This document shows, in pieces, positions 10,541 to 24,012 of a stretch of 64,000 bases of DNA. The notes under the pieces are model-generated. The model did not search any database and was not told the DNA's origin. It saw only the letters and a program-made list of their open reading frames with translations. How positions within the stretch are numbered: position 1 is the stretch's first letter; each line of letters starts with the position of its first letter. The stretch comes from Marsupella aquatica (lineage: Eukaryota > Plantae > Marchantiophyta): NCBI GenBank assembly GCA_973895155.1, contig OZ316897.1, positions 9,385,832 to 9,449,831 on the forward strand, written 5' to 3'. The position numbers and the translations under genes are program-made.

Positions 10541-13500
10541 AGCCGGGGGTATGCCCTGTGCACGTCATCTAGGAGAGCAGATGATGTGTGGATTCTTGAT
10601 TGTGCTTGCTCTTTTCATATTTGTTACATTCGTGAGTTTTTCAGTTCTTACTCTATTTCAAACGGTTCAGTTCTGATGGGAAATGATCACTCCTGTCAAA
10701 TTGAGGGAATTGGGTCTGTGAAGATTCAAATGTTTGATGGCGCTGTGCGCACAGTGTCCGGAGTCAGGTATGTACCTGGCATGCGTAAGAATCTGATTTC
10801 ACTCGGTGTGTTGGATTCAAATGGTCATCAATGGAGCGTTATTGATGGTGAACTTCAAGTCAGGTCGGGAGAGACAGTGATTTTGAAGGGGAGTAGACAA
10901 AAGAATTTGTATGTGTTACAGGGCAATACTGTATGTGGAGAGGCCAATGTAACCAAGTCTCACGAGGAGATGACTCAACTGTGGCATTCACGGCTAGGCC
11001 ACATGAGTGAGAAGGGTTTGGCTATCTTACGGAAGAATGGACTCATTTCTGATTTGCAATCTTGTAAATTAGAGTTTTGTGAGCATTGCATTCTTGGAAA
11101 GCAGCATCGTCGTGCTTTTGGTGTTGGAACTCATCGTTCCAAAGCGGTTCTTGAGTACATACATAGTGACGTGTGGGGTCCATCCCCGACTCCCTCACAC
11201 TCTGGAAAGTTGTACTATGTATCATTTATTGATGATTACTCAAGATTTGTGTGGATTTATTTCATGACGCATAAGTCTGATGTCTTGTCCATTTTTAAGA
11301 AGTGGAAGGCCCAGGTGGAGAATCAGACTGGAAACACGATCAAGTGTTTGGATACAAGGGTGAAGAGTCTGAGGTCAGACAACGGTGGGGAGTACACTTC
11401 AATGGAATTTGAAGAGTACTGTTCAGAATAGGGGATAACTCGCCATCTCACCACAGTTTATACTCCGCAGCAGAATGGTGTCGCTGAGAGGCTCAATCGG
11501 ACACTGTTGGAGTGGTCACGGAGTATGTTGAGCCAATCAGGTTTACCACAAGAATTTTGGGCAGAAGCTGTCAATACCGCAGCTTATTTGGTAAATCTTT
11601 CTCCTTCTAGTGCTATCAATTTCAAAACGCCGTTTGAGATGCGCTATAAGCGGCAAGCAGACTATCATGGCTTGGTAATTTTTGGAAGTGATGCATATGC
11701 TCTCACACCAAAGCAGAATAGGACCAAGTTGGATCCTACCTCCAGGAAATGTGTTTTTCTTGGGTACCAGAGTGGTGTGAAAGCCTATAGGCTATGGGAT
11801 CCTATTGCCTGTAAGCTCGTTGTCAGTAGGGATGTTTCCTTCAATGAATCCAGATTATTGAAGGAGGGGGAGAATACTCAGGTCTCCCGTACTGACAAAG
11901 GAAAATCTCCTATCCCGGATCTCGTTGAGGGGGAGATTGGTTATGAGGTGCATGACCGGAGAGAAGGAGTTGCTCCAATTATGGAGCTGGTTCCTATGCC
12001 AGAGGAACCAGAGGAGTTTGTTGATGCTGGTGAGCAACAAGTGGATGCTGTTGAGCTTCAAATTGTACCAGCACACGCAGATCAACCGGAGTCATCGGCT
12101 AGAAGAACATCTGGTCGCACTGTACGCGCTCCATCAAGGTATGGACAGTGGGTTGATTCATCTCAACTGCAAGAGGATGATTTTACAGCTGATGATGAGG
12201 GTGATGTGTTAATTTTGGAAGAAGGAGAACCTTCTTCATTTCATGAGGCAAGTGCTTCAAAAGAGAAGCAGAAGTGGACTGCAGCAATGCAAACGGAGAT
12301 GCAGTCACTAAAGGACAACAAAACTTGGGAGCTTGTTAAGCTGCCTAAGGGTCAGCAAGTGGTGGACAGCAAGTGGATTTACAAGCTGAAGGATAATTCC
12401 ATAGGAGGTGGATCGAAGGTCTACAAGGCTAGATTGGTAGCAAAGGGATTCACACAAGAGAAAGGTGTGGATTACAATGAGGTCTTCTCACCAGTTGCTA
12501 AGTACTCTACAATACGACTATTGTGTGTACTTGTTGTAATGTTTGGTCTGCTCCTAGATCAGATGGATGTTGTCACAGCTTTCCTCTATGGCACATTGGA
12601 AGAGGTGATCTTCATGAGACAACCGCTAGGTTTTGTGAAGAGAGGACAGGAGGAATTGGTTTGCAGATTGCTGAAATCCTTGTATGGGTTGAAGCAGTCA
12701 CCAAGACAGTGGAACAAGCGGTTTGACGATTGGATTCGGTCACAAGGTTTTCACAGAAGTGTATTTGACCCTTGTGTGTATTTGAAACCGGTGAAGAATG
12801 TTGTCTTTGGGTTCATTATTTTAGTACTTTATGTGGATGACATGCTAATTGCAGCCAAGGATAGGTCTGAGATTGTTAAGCTCAAGGCACTGCTTAGTGC
12901 AGAGTTTAAGATGAAGGACTTAGGGCCAGCTAAGAGGATTTTGGGTATGGAGATCACTAGGGACTTGGAGGCTGGCAAGCTATGGTTGACGCAGAGCAGT
13001 TATGCGAGGAAGGTAATTGCAAGGTTCAACATGGAGAATAGCAAGCCAGTAAGTACCCCGTTGGCTCCACACTTCAAGTTATCATCAGCGTTCTGTCCTA
13101 CGGATGACACAGAGAAGGGGTTGATGTCAAAGGTTCCATATGACAAGGCAGTGGGGAGTCTCATGTATTTGATGACTTGCACTAGACCTGATCTTGCCAT
13201 GGCTATGGGCAAGGTGAGCAGGTACATGTCGAATCCAGGGAAGGTACACTGGGAAGCAGTGAAGTGGATTATCAGGTACTTGAAGGGTACCGTGGATCAT
13301 GGTCTTTTATTTGATGCGAATGCAAAGAATGCTAGATCATTGATTGGCTATGTAGATTCTGACTATGGACAAGATTTGGACCGAAGGAGATCAACAACAG
13401 GATACGTGTTCACACTTGGCGGTGGATGCATAAGTTGGAGGTCTACTTTGCAGAAGTGTATTGCTCAGTCTACTACAGAAGCGAAGTATGTTGCAGCTGC

Positions 13501-13813
13501 GGAAGCAGCAAAGGAAGCGATTTGGTTGGATAGACTTATCACTGAAATGGGATTGCCACAGGGGAATGTGAAGCTCCATTGTGATAGTCAAAGTGCGCTC
13601 CACCTTGCTGTGAACCAGGTGATGGACAGCAGAGTGAAGCACATTGACGTCAGGTACCATTTTATCAGGCAGGCTGTGTCTGATAATTTGTTTGAGCTAG
13701 TCAAGATTGATGGTAAACTCAACCCGGCTGACGCATTTACCAAAGTGATTCCTTTGGAGAGTTTCTCTAGACACCGTGACGTATTGCAGGTTTTGCAATT
13801 GCATCACAAGTAG
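10541..13813 (+). pseudogene. pol: Copia Pol (PR-INT-RT-RNase H) with one in-frame TAG at 11429-11431
   Basis: WILDCACSFH, LWHSRLGH, HSDVWGP, RSDNGGEY, YKARLVAKGF, LYVDDML, NPADAFTK. ORFs 10586-11431 and 11507-13813 are in the same frame. Confidence 0.93.
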
Positions 13814-13993
13814 AGTTTTCTTAAACATTCATTGTAATTACTGATATATGCTCTTCCTCATTCCTATGTATTAGGCTACGGCTTAGTTCTGGTTTGCTCT
13901 AGTTAGAGAGGGAAACCGGTTTGGTTTCTGTCCAGAACTTCCCGCTGAGGGATCATATACATTGGCAGTATTACTCTCCCCTAGACCAGAGTC

Positions 13994-14004
13994 AAGGGGA
14001 AGAT
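13994..14004 (+). promoter_or_regulatory. Polypurine tract
   Basis: AAGGGGAAGAT directly before the 3' LTR. Confidence 0.85.
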
Positions 14005-14425
14005 TGTTGGGTATTTACTCTTACGTCTAGGTTAGGTATGACGTGGTTGGTACAACAACGTGGGTTGGTACAACTACGTGGTTAGGTACAACTACGTGAT
14101 TAGGTACAACTATGTGGTTAGGTACAACTACGTAATTAGGTACAACTATGTGGTTAGGTACAACTAAGTTGCACACTATATCATAAGAGGCATGTGTGCT
14201 TGGAGAGGTAGAACCAAGGCTCATTGTTATGGAGCCACTTGAGAGATAGGGAGAGCTTACACTGTGGAGACTCGGTATAGCCGACGGGCTTAGAGTTCAG
14301 TAAAGCTCTCTTGTGTGTTCCCGTGGACGTAGCCTCAAGGAGGTGAACCACGTATCTCTTGTGTCGACTATTGTGCGTTGGATGGTTCATGGGCTTGCCG
14401 TTGCGATCGTCGTCTATGCTCAACA
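14005..14425 (+). repeat. Copia 3' LTR (421 bp)
   Basis: TG..CA followed by TSD TACAA. Confidence 0.97.
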
Positions 14426-17400
14426 TACAAATCAGTACCAGCTTGTTTAATAAACAAGCAAGGAGCTATGTCCTCATTTATGAAGTTGAGGGTCAGCATT
14501 TTGGCTTTGAACTGTTTATACCATATTCGGCCGCTCTGTTTCAGGCCATTTGATCGGGCATTTGATAGAACTTAGAACTTGGACAACATAAGCACTTTGT
14601 TCTTTCTTTCTCTTTGCAAGTGTCTATATTTACAGGTTGGTAGTAGATCGATGACATTCATTGGGGGCATGCATCATATTGTCCTATCTTTGGACTGAAG
14701 GTCCTTCTGCTGTCTAGAATCTGTGCTCGGTGGGCGCCTTTTGCTGCATCATTGGCTGATGTTCAGCCGTAGGCCGTCTACGGTCGACTGTAGGCCGTTC
14801 TAGGCCGGCAGTAGGCCGTTTAAAACCTTTTGTTATATTGCTCCCTATAAGGCTATTATGGACTGTAGGTCCATTGTGAAGGAGATTTCCTTTTACTTCC
14901 TCAATTGGGATTATTTGCCTTATTCTAGATAGTAGATCTGGTGTCATATAATTGTCTTTCTCCCCCTGAATATGAAAAACCACTCTTTTTATTAACTCCG
15001 GGGGTGCCTTCATGTATATTTCTGTGTCCAGAATCCTGTACAGGTATGTAGTGACCATGTCCATAAGGTACGTAGTCAATTTGTGGAATAACGCTAACGC
15101 AATCAAATATCTGTAAGTAATTGAGTCAATCACTGGGGAATAGGTAAGGTTGTAGTCTCATCCATAAATCTGTGTATAGCCCTTTGTGACCAACCTAGCT
15201 TTATAACGGACTACTTCTCCTTGCGCATTCTTGTTTCTAACAATGTGAATTTATATCCAGTGAGGTTTGTGTTTGGTTGTGTTGGGATTACCGAACCAAA
15301 TACTTGTCTTTTAATCAGAGAATCCAATTCAGAGGTAATTTTCCTCCCATTTTGGCCAATCATCTCTTTTCTGGGCTTCAAGTACTGTAAGTGGGTTAGG
15401 CTTTTCCTCTATAATTTCTTGGGAAATTAAGAATGCAAATTGGTCGTTCATTTATGTGTTCTCCCGGGGCCAAGTCTTTCCTGTGTACATGTAATGAATT
15501 GAAATTTTGTCATTGTCCATATCTAGTGCAGGGTTGGTATTTGTTGTTACCCCAGTAGTTACCATGTGTTTCTGTCTTGGGCGGACATCTTTAGCTCCAG
15601 GTGCACGTCCCCTCTTAGCTTTTGGGGCCACATCCATAGCCCTACTCTCAGTCAAGGGGAGACAAGCAGGGACAATTGCAGCCTCATTTTGTGATTGAGT
15701 TACTGTTGCTGCATCATAAAAAACATCAGGTAGCCACTCCACCGTCTGTGTCAGGTGAAGGATGTGTTTTACTTCCTTATCAGCTAGTTTAGTCCTTGGG
15801 TCATTCTGGAAGATTTTCTGTGTTTTCCATTGCAGTTGTATTGCCTTTGCTGAGTTAGTTGAGTGCTGCTTGGCATCCAGTCTAGTAAGTATTTCTTCAA
15901 AAAAATGGCAATCGGTAAATCTGGCTTTAAAAATGTCTCCCGTTGTGGGTTCCAAGAACCGAATGATGGACGGAGAGTCAAAGTCAATATAGATTCCCTT
16001 TTACCGCTGTGGTCCCTTTTTTGTACGCTTGGGTCCAAGTATAGGGACGAGGACCTGGCATCCGAATGTGCGTAAGTGTGATATATCTGGTGGTAAACCA
16101 AATGCTAATTGATGAGAGGTTTGGGAATTATATGCCGAAGGTCTATATTTGAGTAACAATGCAACGTGTAAGATAATGTGTCCCTAGGCTGATGTGGGGA
16201 GTTGTGTTTGCATGAGCATAGGTCTGGCTATCATCTGTAATCTTTTGATTAGGGATTCAACAATCCCATTTTGAAAGTGTACATAAGGCACTGGGTATTG
16301 TGTATCAATTCCCATTGTTAAGCAGAAGTTGTTAAATATTTTAGATGTGAATTCCCCAACGTTATCCACTCGGAGTATTTTGATAAGGTTCTCTAGAAAC
16401 TGAGCTTTTAGTTTAATAATATGTGCTAGTAGCCGAGGGAAGACTAGGTTCCGTGTAGAGAGGAGTGAAACCTGAGACCATTTAGATGAGGAGTCTATTA
16501 TGGCCAAGAAGAAACAAAAGGGGCCACTTGGTGGATCAATTGGGCCGCACACATTGGCATTGAGTTGTTCTAGAAAGTTCAGGATGGCATGGATCGTTTT
16601 GGGTATTGATGGGCGGGTTATTAGCTCTCCTTGTGAACATGCCAAGCATGGTTCTTTTATTGAGGAGGGTCTTACTCCTGGTGGGATACCAATGGTATTA
16701 TGTTGGATTTTATGGTACATTCTAGTACCGGGGTGACCCAGTCTCTTATGCCAAGTTATTGTAAGGTTTTATGTTTTGGCTTCACTATAGTATGTGTATA
16801 TTTGTGTGACATATAGGCCTGGTGGATAAGTAGGAAGTACAATTTCTCTTATTTTCATTCCCTCAGCCGTCTATTATAATATTTGTAGGGCTTCTCTCTT
16901 GTTGTTTAAGCTGGTGTGTATATGTAGTTGATTAGCCCTGATGTCCTGGAAACTTATTAAGTTTCGGGTAGCAGTTGGTGCAAATATTGCTGACTGGATT
17001 TTAATTGCAGTTCCTTTGGTTAATATTACTATTGCTGGGCCATAGCCCTGTCCTATTTGTTTTTGTCCAGTGATTGTAGTCATAGTCCTATATGAGGGTT
17101 TGATTTCTTTAAAATATTTGGGATCTTTCAAGATTGAATGTGTTGTCCCATTGTCTACAATCCAGTTTATTGGGTAGTCTATATATCAGGGTGTTTTCTT
17201 GTGTAACAATGTGTGACTTAGGTGAAATGTGATCATGAGTGTACTTGGTAAGGTCCTCATTTATCTCTAGAAAGTTTCCTTGCGGATCAGGTTTGGAATT
17301 GTTTAGGCTGTTTTCATACACTCAAACTAAATGTCCTTGACCTCGGGCAAATTGATTTTGGCCTCTGCCCATCGGTCGTCCTTGACTCCCCCTGAAGGTA

Positions 17401-18583
17401 CCACGCCTTCTATTCCAACCTTGTCTTCTCTGGTTTGTATTGTTGTTAAACAGAGCTTCTGGTTTCTGAGTGCTTGGCAAAGTACCTGAGGGTCTAGTTT
17501 TAGCATTTTCCAAAAGCACGATTTGATGCCTTTCGGCCAAAAGCATGTGTGCTATAAGTTCTGAATATTTAGTAAAATTCATATTTTTGTACTGTGCATC
17601 CAGAACTAAGTCAGTTGGGTGGAAGGTCAACAATGTTCTCTCGATTTGTTCTGCATCATCGATAGCCGCATACAGATAATTGGGAGGTTATCCAAAATAG
17701 CTCATAGTTTGCCACTGTTGTATGATCTTGTACTCTTAAGTTGATCCAATCATGATGGGCAACTGGTAATGATATGGTCCTCAAGTGATCGAATCTCAGC
17801 TTTAGCTCATCCCATAAAACCCTGGGTTTATATTGATTCATATATTGCATCTTTAGAGGTTCCATCCAGTGATGCCGGATTAAAATTAGTGCTTTGGCCT
17901 TATCTTGTAATGTAGGTCCAGTGTTAGGAACCATAAACTGCCAAGGACCATGTAAGGTAATTGGCACCATCTATTGCCAATGCTTGAAAATGTAAATTTT
18001 CTATGGTATTCATCTCATCTAGCAGTCTTTGCCTGTTTATTTCAGGATATGCAAATTACGGAGTGTGCAATTTTGTATAGATTTTGCAAGTGCAGGAATG
18101 GAATTGTTATTGAGTTGGTAAGCCAACAATAGGCAAAATTGATTCAGATTGTGGAGATGGATTCAGATTAACTGTCTATTAGATTGTAAGATTTCCTCTT
18201 TCATCTTTCCAATTATGGAGGAGATGAGCGTTTAATTTGACTATAAATTATTCTTCATTGATTATATTTGTTGACGTTATGAATGGGTTATGGCCTTCCT
18301 TGGTGAATCTTGTTGCATATCATTTCCTTGCAAGTTGATTTAGTTGATTGTCCAATTTTCTTTTGCATATCCAATTCTCATCTCCGATTTCTACACTCAG
18401 GCTGTTGCCTACTTCCTCGAGTAAACATTGTATCTAAATTGTGTCAAAATCCTCGCCTTCAAATTTGGGATAGAAATCCTGTTCCGATTTGGATGCGATC
18501 CTACTAATGCAAATTGTATAGTAAGAGGTCCAGACTATAACACTTGGGCAAAACTGTTTTCTTGCTCAATCTGGTGAGATCAA

Positions 18584-18768
18584 TCGTGTTGATAACGTGT
18601 TACGCAAGAAGTAAGAATCCATAGTGGAGTTCAATCTCCAATTGTAGATTAATCTCCCATTACCCCATTGGGACTTATATTCTTTGGGGTTACAAGTGTG
18701 GTAGTTATTGTAACTACCCTAAGTCCCTAACTAGGGTTTAATGTTAACGTAACCCTTGGGTTTCAACA
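18584..18768 (-). repeat. E2 PBS (18584-18597, tRNA-Ile arm) and 5' LTR (~18598-18768)
   Basis: TCGTGTTGATAACG followed by TGTTA...TTTCAACA. Sequence from 18769 resumes E3 pol, homologous to E1 ~611-660. Confidence 0.7.
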
Positions 18769-20002
18769 TTTCCTTTATAATTGGACCCATAGGGGTGTTT
18801 GCAACCAGATGAATTATTTCCTAGGTATTTGAGTGGCCAGTTTGTACGTGAGTCCATTGGCGCATATATCATGGAAACTTAATAAGTTTCTTGTTGCCCT
18901 AGGGGCATATATAGCGGAGTCTATACGTATGATTGTGCCCTGGGGTAATATCAAAGATGTCAGGCCATATCCTTCCTCTATCTGACTTGGACCATTAATG
19001 GTCGTTATGGATGATCTCTGAGAAGGGGTTATGCTATGGAAAAGATTGATTCTGGTCTCTAAGGATAGAGTGTGTCATCCCGCTATCTACGATGCATGTA
19101 CTTGGGTGGTCTAAAGATGGTAACAAAGAGTCTTGCGTTACTAAATGGGTTTCAGGGTTCATAGTTTGGTCTACAAGGTCTTGGAAAATATGTGGCAATT
19201 CTAAGAGTGTTCCATGCATGTGTTTCCTTTGAATCATTTTGGTTTTGCTTCCTTTTGCGGGAATTCTAATAAAGATCCCTAAGATATTTAGGGATTCTAC
19301 AGCTATTGGTACGTGGGGTGGTTATTCATGCCGCACTTAGCGCATGATTGTCTAGATGAGGTACCATATTGGCCTTAGTTTGTACGGTTGTTGCATTGGA
19401 ACCAGGGTTGGAACTTTTGTCCACCGTTGCCTCTAGGGAATCTACCCCAGAATCTTGGTTGGTTTCGACCTTGGAATGATCTTCTATATCCTTGTTGAGG
19501 TCTATGGTTGAAAAAACTCCCCTTGTTGGGGCGATGTTTGCGGCGCCCTAGCGGGATGTTGATACTTGATCAACAACGTTCGCATGGGTTTCTTGTGATT
19601 GGTTTGGGATAGTCAAAGTGCCGGGTGGACACTTTCTAGAGTTAAATTGTAACAAAAGTTCTTGCTATTTTTCAGCGACTAATAGGTGGGATCGATATTC
19701 ATTTTGAGTATTGAGCAAATTTCAGGTTGCAATATTGTGTGGCCAGGACGAGGTTGGAAGAGTGGAAAGTGGATAGTGTCTTTTCTAAGAGATCGCTATT
19801 GGTTACGGGTGCGTTGCATAGGGTAAGGGTTGAGGTTATCCTAAAGAGTTTGTTATTGTATGATGCTACGCTGGTAAAGTCTTGCACTCAAAGGTTAAGC
19901 CATTCCTGGCGTGTTCTCGGTAACGCCACCAATTTTTGGTGGTCGAAGCGGGTTAGAAGTGCTTGCCATAGCCCACGAGGTGAGTTTAAGTGTAGGTATT
20001 GC

Positions 20003-21718
20003 TGTCGTATAGCCAAAAGAACAAAAAGGAACACTTTTTACATAAAGACTCGGAATACGATCCCTTTAAGAACAGATTTGGAAAGAATTGAATGAATTTA
20101 TCTCTCTGAGTAATCTAAAGCTCTCAGCACATAGATTTCTTGTTTCTCACTAAAAGATCAAATAAACAAAACACCAAAGTAAATAAACTTCTATCTTATG
20201 AGTCAAGAGAGAGTCAATTATGGTCTGAAAACTCTGATTAGCTATTGCCACTCCTTCAAAAAGGACTATGGTCTTAGAATAGACATAAAACAAGTCTCAT
20301 AACTCACTAATTTCTCTCCTGACTAAATAAAATTGCATGATAAGGAACTTCCAATTTGCTAAACAAGTATTGCTCTGGTTACAAATGTAATGATATGACT
20401 TAAGATGCCGGCAACATGGTTTGACATCAGCGATACGCAATTCCGTCAAACACTAAATCATATTCCATAAACAAAGTAACGGTACTGAATACTCTGAGAA
20501 CCAAACTTTACTTCTCACATATCAAACAACAACTCTTGAATTAGCTAGCGAATCTTGACCCTTCAAGCAAGCCTAGCAGTGAATTCAATGTAAGTCACAG
20601 AAGTTTGTAACTGAATTCAAGTATCAAGAAATTTCTTGAATTCATAAATTCAAACATAAGTTTTACTTCCATACAAGACTTTTCTTGTTAAAATGGAAGG
20701 AGGGAAACTAACAGAAGTCTGATTGGAATTGTCCCCCCTCTTCCGAATGGAAAAAACATGAGGTTTTATAAGTAAAGGTTCCCTTAACTGAAAAGGCATG
20801 ACTTTTCAAACCTCAAATATCTAAAAGACAATCCTAAAAGAAATAAAGAAATGCATTGGAGACTTAGTGGACGCTTTGTAGAGCGTCGGTGCTTTCCGGT
20901 AAAACTAATAAACAGTGGTGTTAGTCTAATTTTAACTTCTAAACTAAAAGTCGGAATGAGCTGAGACTTTTCTAGAGTACTCTACTACATATAATCTCTA
21001 TGCTGGTAAAGTTTCAGACTTTTCTGAGGTCTCTAAGTGCCTCAAATAAATCGGTGAAAGTGGCACGGTGTTATAAAAGTGCGGAAATCAGAAATATTTC
21101 TAAGTGTCAGGAAGATAGTGGACGCTTCAGAAAGCGTCCAAACCCACAAAGGACTTTTGTGGACGCTTCAGAAAGCGTCGGTTGAATTTTGAGGTTTGGT
21201 CGCGGTGTCCGTCTTTCGGCCTTCAGGTGGGACGCTTCAGAAAGCGGCGAAGTCTGTCTTGGCGGACGCTTCAGAAAGCGTCGATTCTGCTTTGTCTTCG
21301 AACACGGTCGGACGCTTCAGAAGGCGTCACTTCTCATGTGGACGCTTCAGAAAGCGTCTCATCGGACTTTGGGGTTAGCGGACGCTTCAGAAAGTGTCTT
21401 AAAGCGTCCGGTGTCTGGTTCGAATAGACGTTTCACGAAGCGTCTTCTGTTCCGTGGTATCGGTGAAGGACGGCTCAAAAAGCGTCGTGGTTAAGGGGGT
21501 CGCATCTGGTTGGCAGCACACATGGACGCCTCAGCTGTCTTGAGGTTTATTGGCCTTGTAACTGGGGACGCTTCAGAAAGCGTCCTTAGTTAGACTAAGT
21601 GAGTTAACCGCCAAATGGAAAGTAGACGCTTCAGAAAGCGTCGTTTTTGCTCAAAAAGTTTGAAACGATTCAGATTTTTCTCTTATGGTCGTGTTTCAGC
21701 AAAAGTCTCCTTTCCACA
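20003..21718 (-). repeat. Gypsy 3' LTR (1716 bp)
   Basis: Near-identical to 31899-33614; 7 transitions seen by eye. Confidence 0.97.
20868..21643. repeat. Array of ~12 hairpin motifs GGACGCTT-CAGA-AAGCGTC(C) in LTR U3 (repeated at 32764-33539)
   Basis: Copies near 20869, 21120, 21161, 21230, 21264, 21310, 21340, 21380, 21426, 21468, 21566 and 21624. They lie upstream of a minus-strand TATAAAA at ~20764-20770. Confidence 0.9.
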
Positions 21719-21734
21719 TAGCCCTCCACTCAAA
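21719..21734 (-). promoter_or_regulatory. Gypsy PPT adjacent to the 3' LTR
   Basis: Minus-strand TTTGAGTGGAGGGCTA then TG. Confidence 0.85.
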
Positions 21735-21915
21735 ATTCGCTGTGTCCGCACAAGAAGTGAAATAATATATTTGATCAGGCACTTCTGAAGTGGCTCTTTA
21801 ATGATGTGGAGTTGTAAAATTACATTGGAGGCCAAGGGTCGAGTAGAGGCAATCGAGCAAGTCCTCTGATAGCGTGGGAGCCTTGAGTGCGAGAAGAGGA
21901 ATGTAGTTGGAGTCT

Positions 21916-24012
21916 CTATAGCTGTTCTCTGAGTTTAAGCAGATCCTTCTCATACTTATACTGAATTGCATATCCGTCATGAGCAACCCAGACATAGTAA
22001 CGATAAGGCCATGGATGTTCTGGAGGTATAGGAGGAAAAGGACAAAGGGTTCTTCGAAGGGTATACACCCAACACCATATTTCATACTCAGAGAATTTAT
22101 GTCTCCTGTCCTTATCTATAGGTGGAACAACTTTAGGAAATTTATACGTAGGAATCAAAGTACGAATGCCTGGAGGATTGGAAGGAATCACAGATTCCTT
22201 AGCAGGAGGACAAGGTGAAGTCTCAGGAGACAAAGGTGCAATAGTAGGCTGTACTAGCTCTGGAATTGCCCTATCTCCTCGACCTGCACTGGGTGGTTCG
22301 TTTTCTAGCCGTAACTCCTCTGAGTAGGCAGCTACCTGCTCTGAATCGTTATATGGTTCCTGCTCATGGGCATACTGCTCTTGTACCTCAATCTGAGCCT
22401 CCACAAAATCTGTAGCAGCATGTAATTCCACCGAATCTCGAGCTTTCCGTAACCTTTTCCATGGTCGACGCCTATAAGTAACTGGATACTCATCTCGGGC
22501 TCGAGGTGGAGAAGCTGTAAGTGGCGCGTCCAGAGAAGCATATCTCTCAAAATCGTTTGGAGCTGATATGTGCTGAGGTGATGCCCCAGGACTCTGTTCC
22601 GAACTATCATAGCCCATTGGTATTGTGGGTAACCGGGAGATTTGACTTAATCTCTCAGCTAAGTCTTCCGAAATGTCCAATGGTACCGCCACCATACTAC
22701 TACCTTCCTGCTGACTTGAATCATCTCGTTCAGATCTTCGCAAAAAGGAGACATCCTCCTCATCATCAATCTCTACAATTGCATTCTCACCATCACTTCT
22801 TGAAACATCAAAACCTGGTATTCCTAAAGGTTGAATGTCTTGGGGAAAACCAAGGACATCCTGTAAGGGTGGCTGTGGACTCCCATTGGAGTATTCATCC
22901 GATTGGTAATCCTGTAATGAAGCCAAAGCGTCCGGTCCTTCTGCAGCTAGAGATAGGGATAAACTTGGTAACTCATTCAAAACTACATTTTCTGCAAAAG
23001 AAGGTAAAACTGAACCTTCACCTGGTGATTCCGCAGCTGTCTTTGGTTCCTGAATAGCTTCTTCCGGGTTACGCAGAGGGATGGGACTCCCACATTGTGA
23101 ACTGAGTTGGGCCTCGTGCATCAATTCGGCTTCAATATCATGCGAAAGTCGGTCAGCTAGCTCCTCGTCAACTGTAGGAGTGTCCTCCTCTGGAATTTGA
23201 GTGGCCTGCTCATGTGCTTCAACCAAATTTTGGACATTTGGTAACAACTCAGCCTCTTCGCAGTCTAATAAAGTACACAATGCAATCAGAGTATCCTGAG
23301 GATTGTTGAGTGGCTCATCCGATCGACAACTCACGTCCATTCGCACCTTAGTCCTCAAATTTCGATAAATCCTTTTCTCTGTCGGTAACAGGCATCGCTT
23401 CTTGTAATAAATATGCGCGAAGTAGGGTGTCATTTGCACCTTCCTCAGCTTCCTTGCTCTGACTCAACTTCGAAAATTCTTCACCTGCGCATGGATCACT
23501 CTATGTAGGATTTGAGTCCAATTGATGGTCTTCCTCTGTTCCACAGAAAAAATCACAGTGGCCGCAAACGACAAGGTAATACGCGTTTGACTCTCAGGAT
23601 GAAAAATAGGGGAGAGGAACCGAAATAAATGCTGCAATCGCGCTTCTATGCAATCTGCCGCCACCCAACCATTCCGCCTCTTGAATGTTCCCGGATAAAA
23701 CAGAGATTCAACGTAAGCCCTAGGTTCGCCTTCTACTTTTTGTAATCCTTCGCCTACGCTTGGAGTCAAATAAACTGATGAGATGAGCTCCTCATTCCAA
23801 TTGCTTGGCCTCGCGCGTATCTCCGGTCCTTCCTCTCCGTCCCATTCGCCCCGATCGATCAAGCTGAATTCACAAATACTCCAAGGAAACTTTAGGAGAT
23901 TCTTCAAGCCCATAGTCGTCAAATCCTCTCGTAGTCGCCTTCGATCATCTATTCCTAATGGAATCACAACAACTATCGGACGCGCAGTGACTTCTAGCTC
24001 CGATTCCGCCAT
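21916..24012 (-). CDS. Extra 3' ORF of the gypsy element (~698 codons, one in-frame TGA at 23464-23466), function unknown
   Basis: ORFs 23464-24012 and 21916-23439 are in the same frame (FRS*VRARKLRKVQMTPY). Globular N-part, acidic/Pro-rich middle, basic RRRPWKRLRK, aromatic C-terminal block. Confidence 0.8.

Larger units (their letters stand above)
7963..14425 (+). mobile_element. Young Ty1/copia retrotransposon (Tork/Tnt1-like) with a tandemly doubled 5' LTR
   Basis: TSD TACAA (7958-7962, 14426-14430), 421-bp TG..CA LTRs, tRNA-iMet PBS, gag-PR-INT-RT-RH order, PPT. Inserted into E2 RT. Confidence 0.97.
6665..18768 (-). mobile_element. Ty1/copia Bianca-like element E2, degenerate and 3'-truncated, hosting a MITE and the Tork-like copia
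   Basis: LTR ~18598-18768, PBS 18584-18597, gag 17322-17970, protease ~16874-17170, integrase 15784-16720, RT 14431-15430 continuing at 7957->7600, RNase H to ADLFTKPLP (~6690-6715). No PPT or 3' LTR. Confidence 0.87.

Noticed and set aside
21000-21494. Overlapping ORFs with GRFRKR/TLQKAS/DASES repeats (also 32896-33390 and 24178-24562)
   Set aside because: Translation artefacts of the hairpin motif.
21119-21643. CRISPR-like repeat-spacer array
   Set aside because: It lies inside both LTRs of a eukaryotic retrotransposon, spacer lengths are irregular, the spacers are the same in both LTRs, and there are no cas genes.
21916-24012. Calling the extra ORF an envelope gene
   Set aside because: No signal peptide or clear transmembrane helix is visible.
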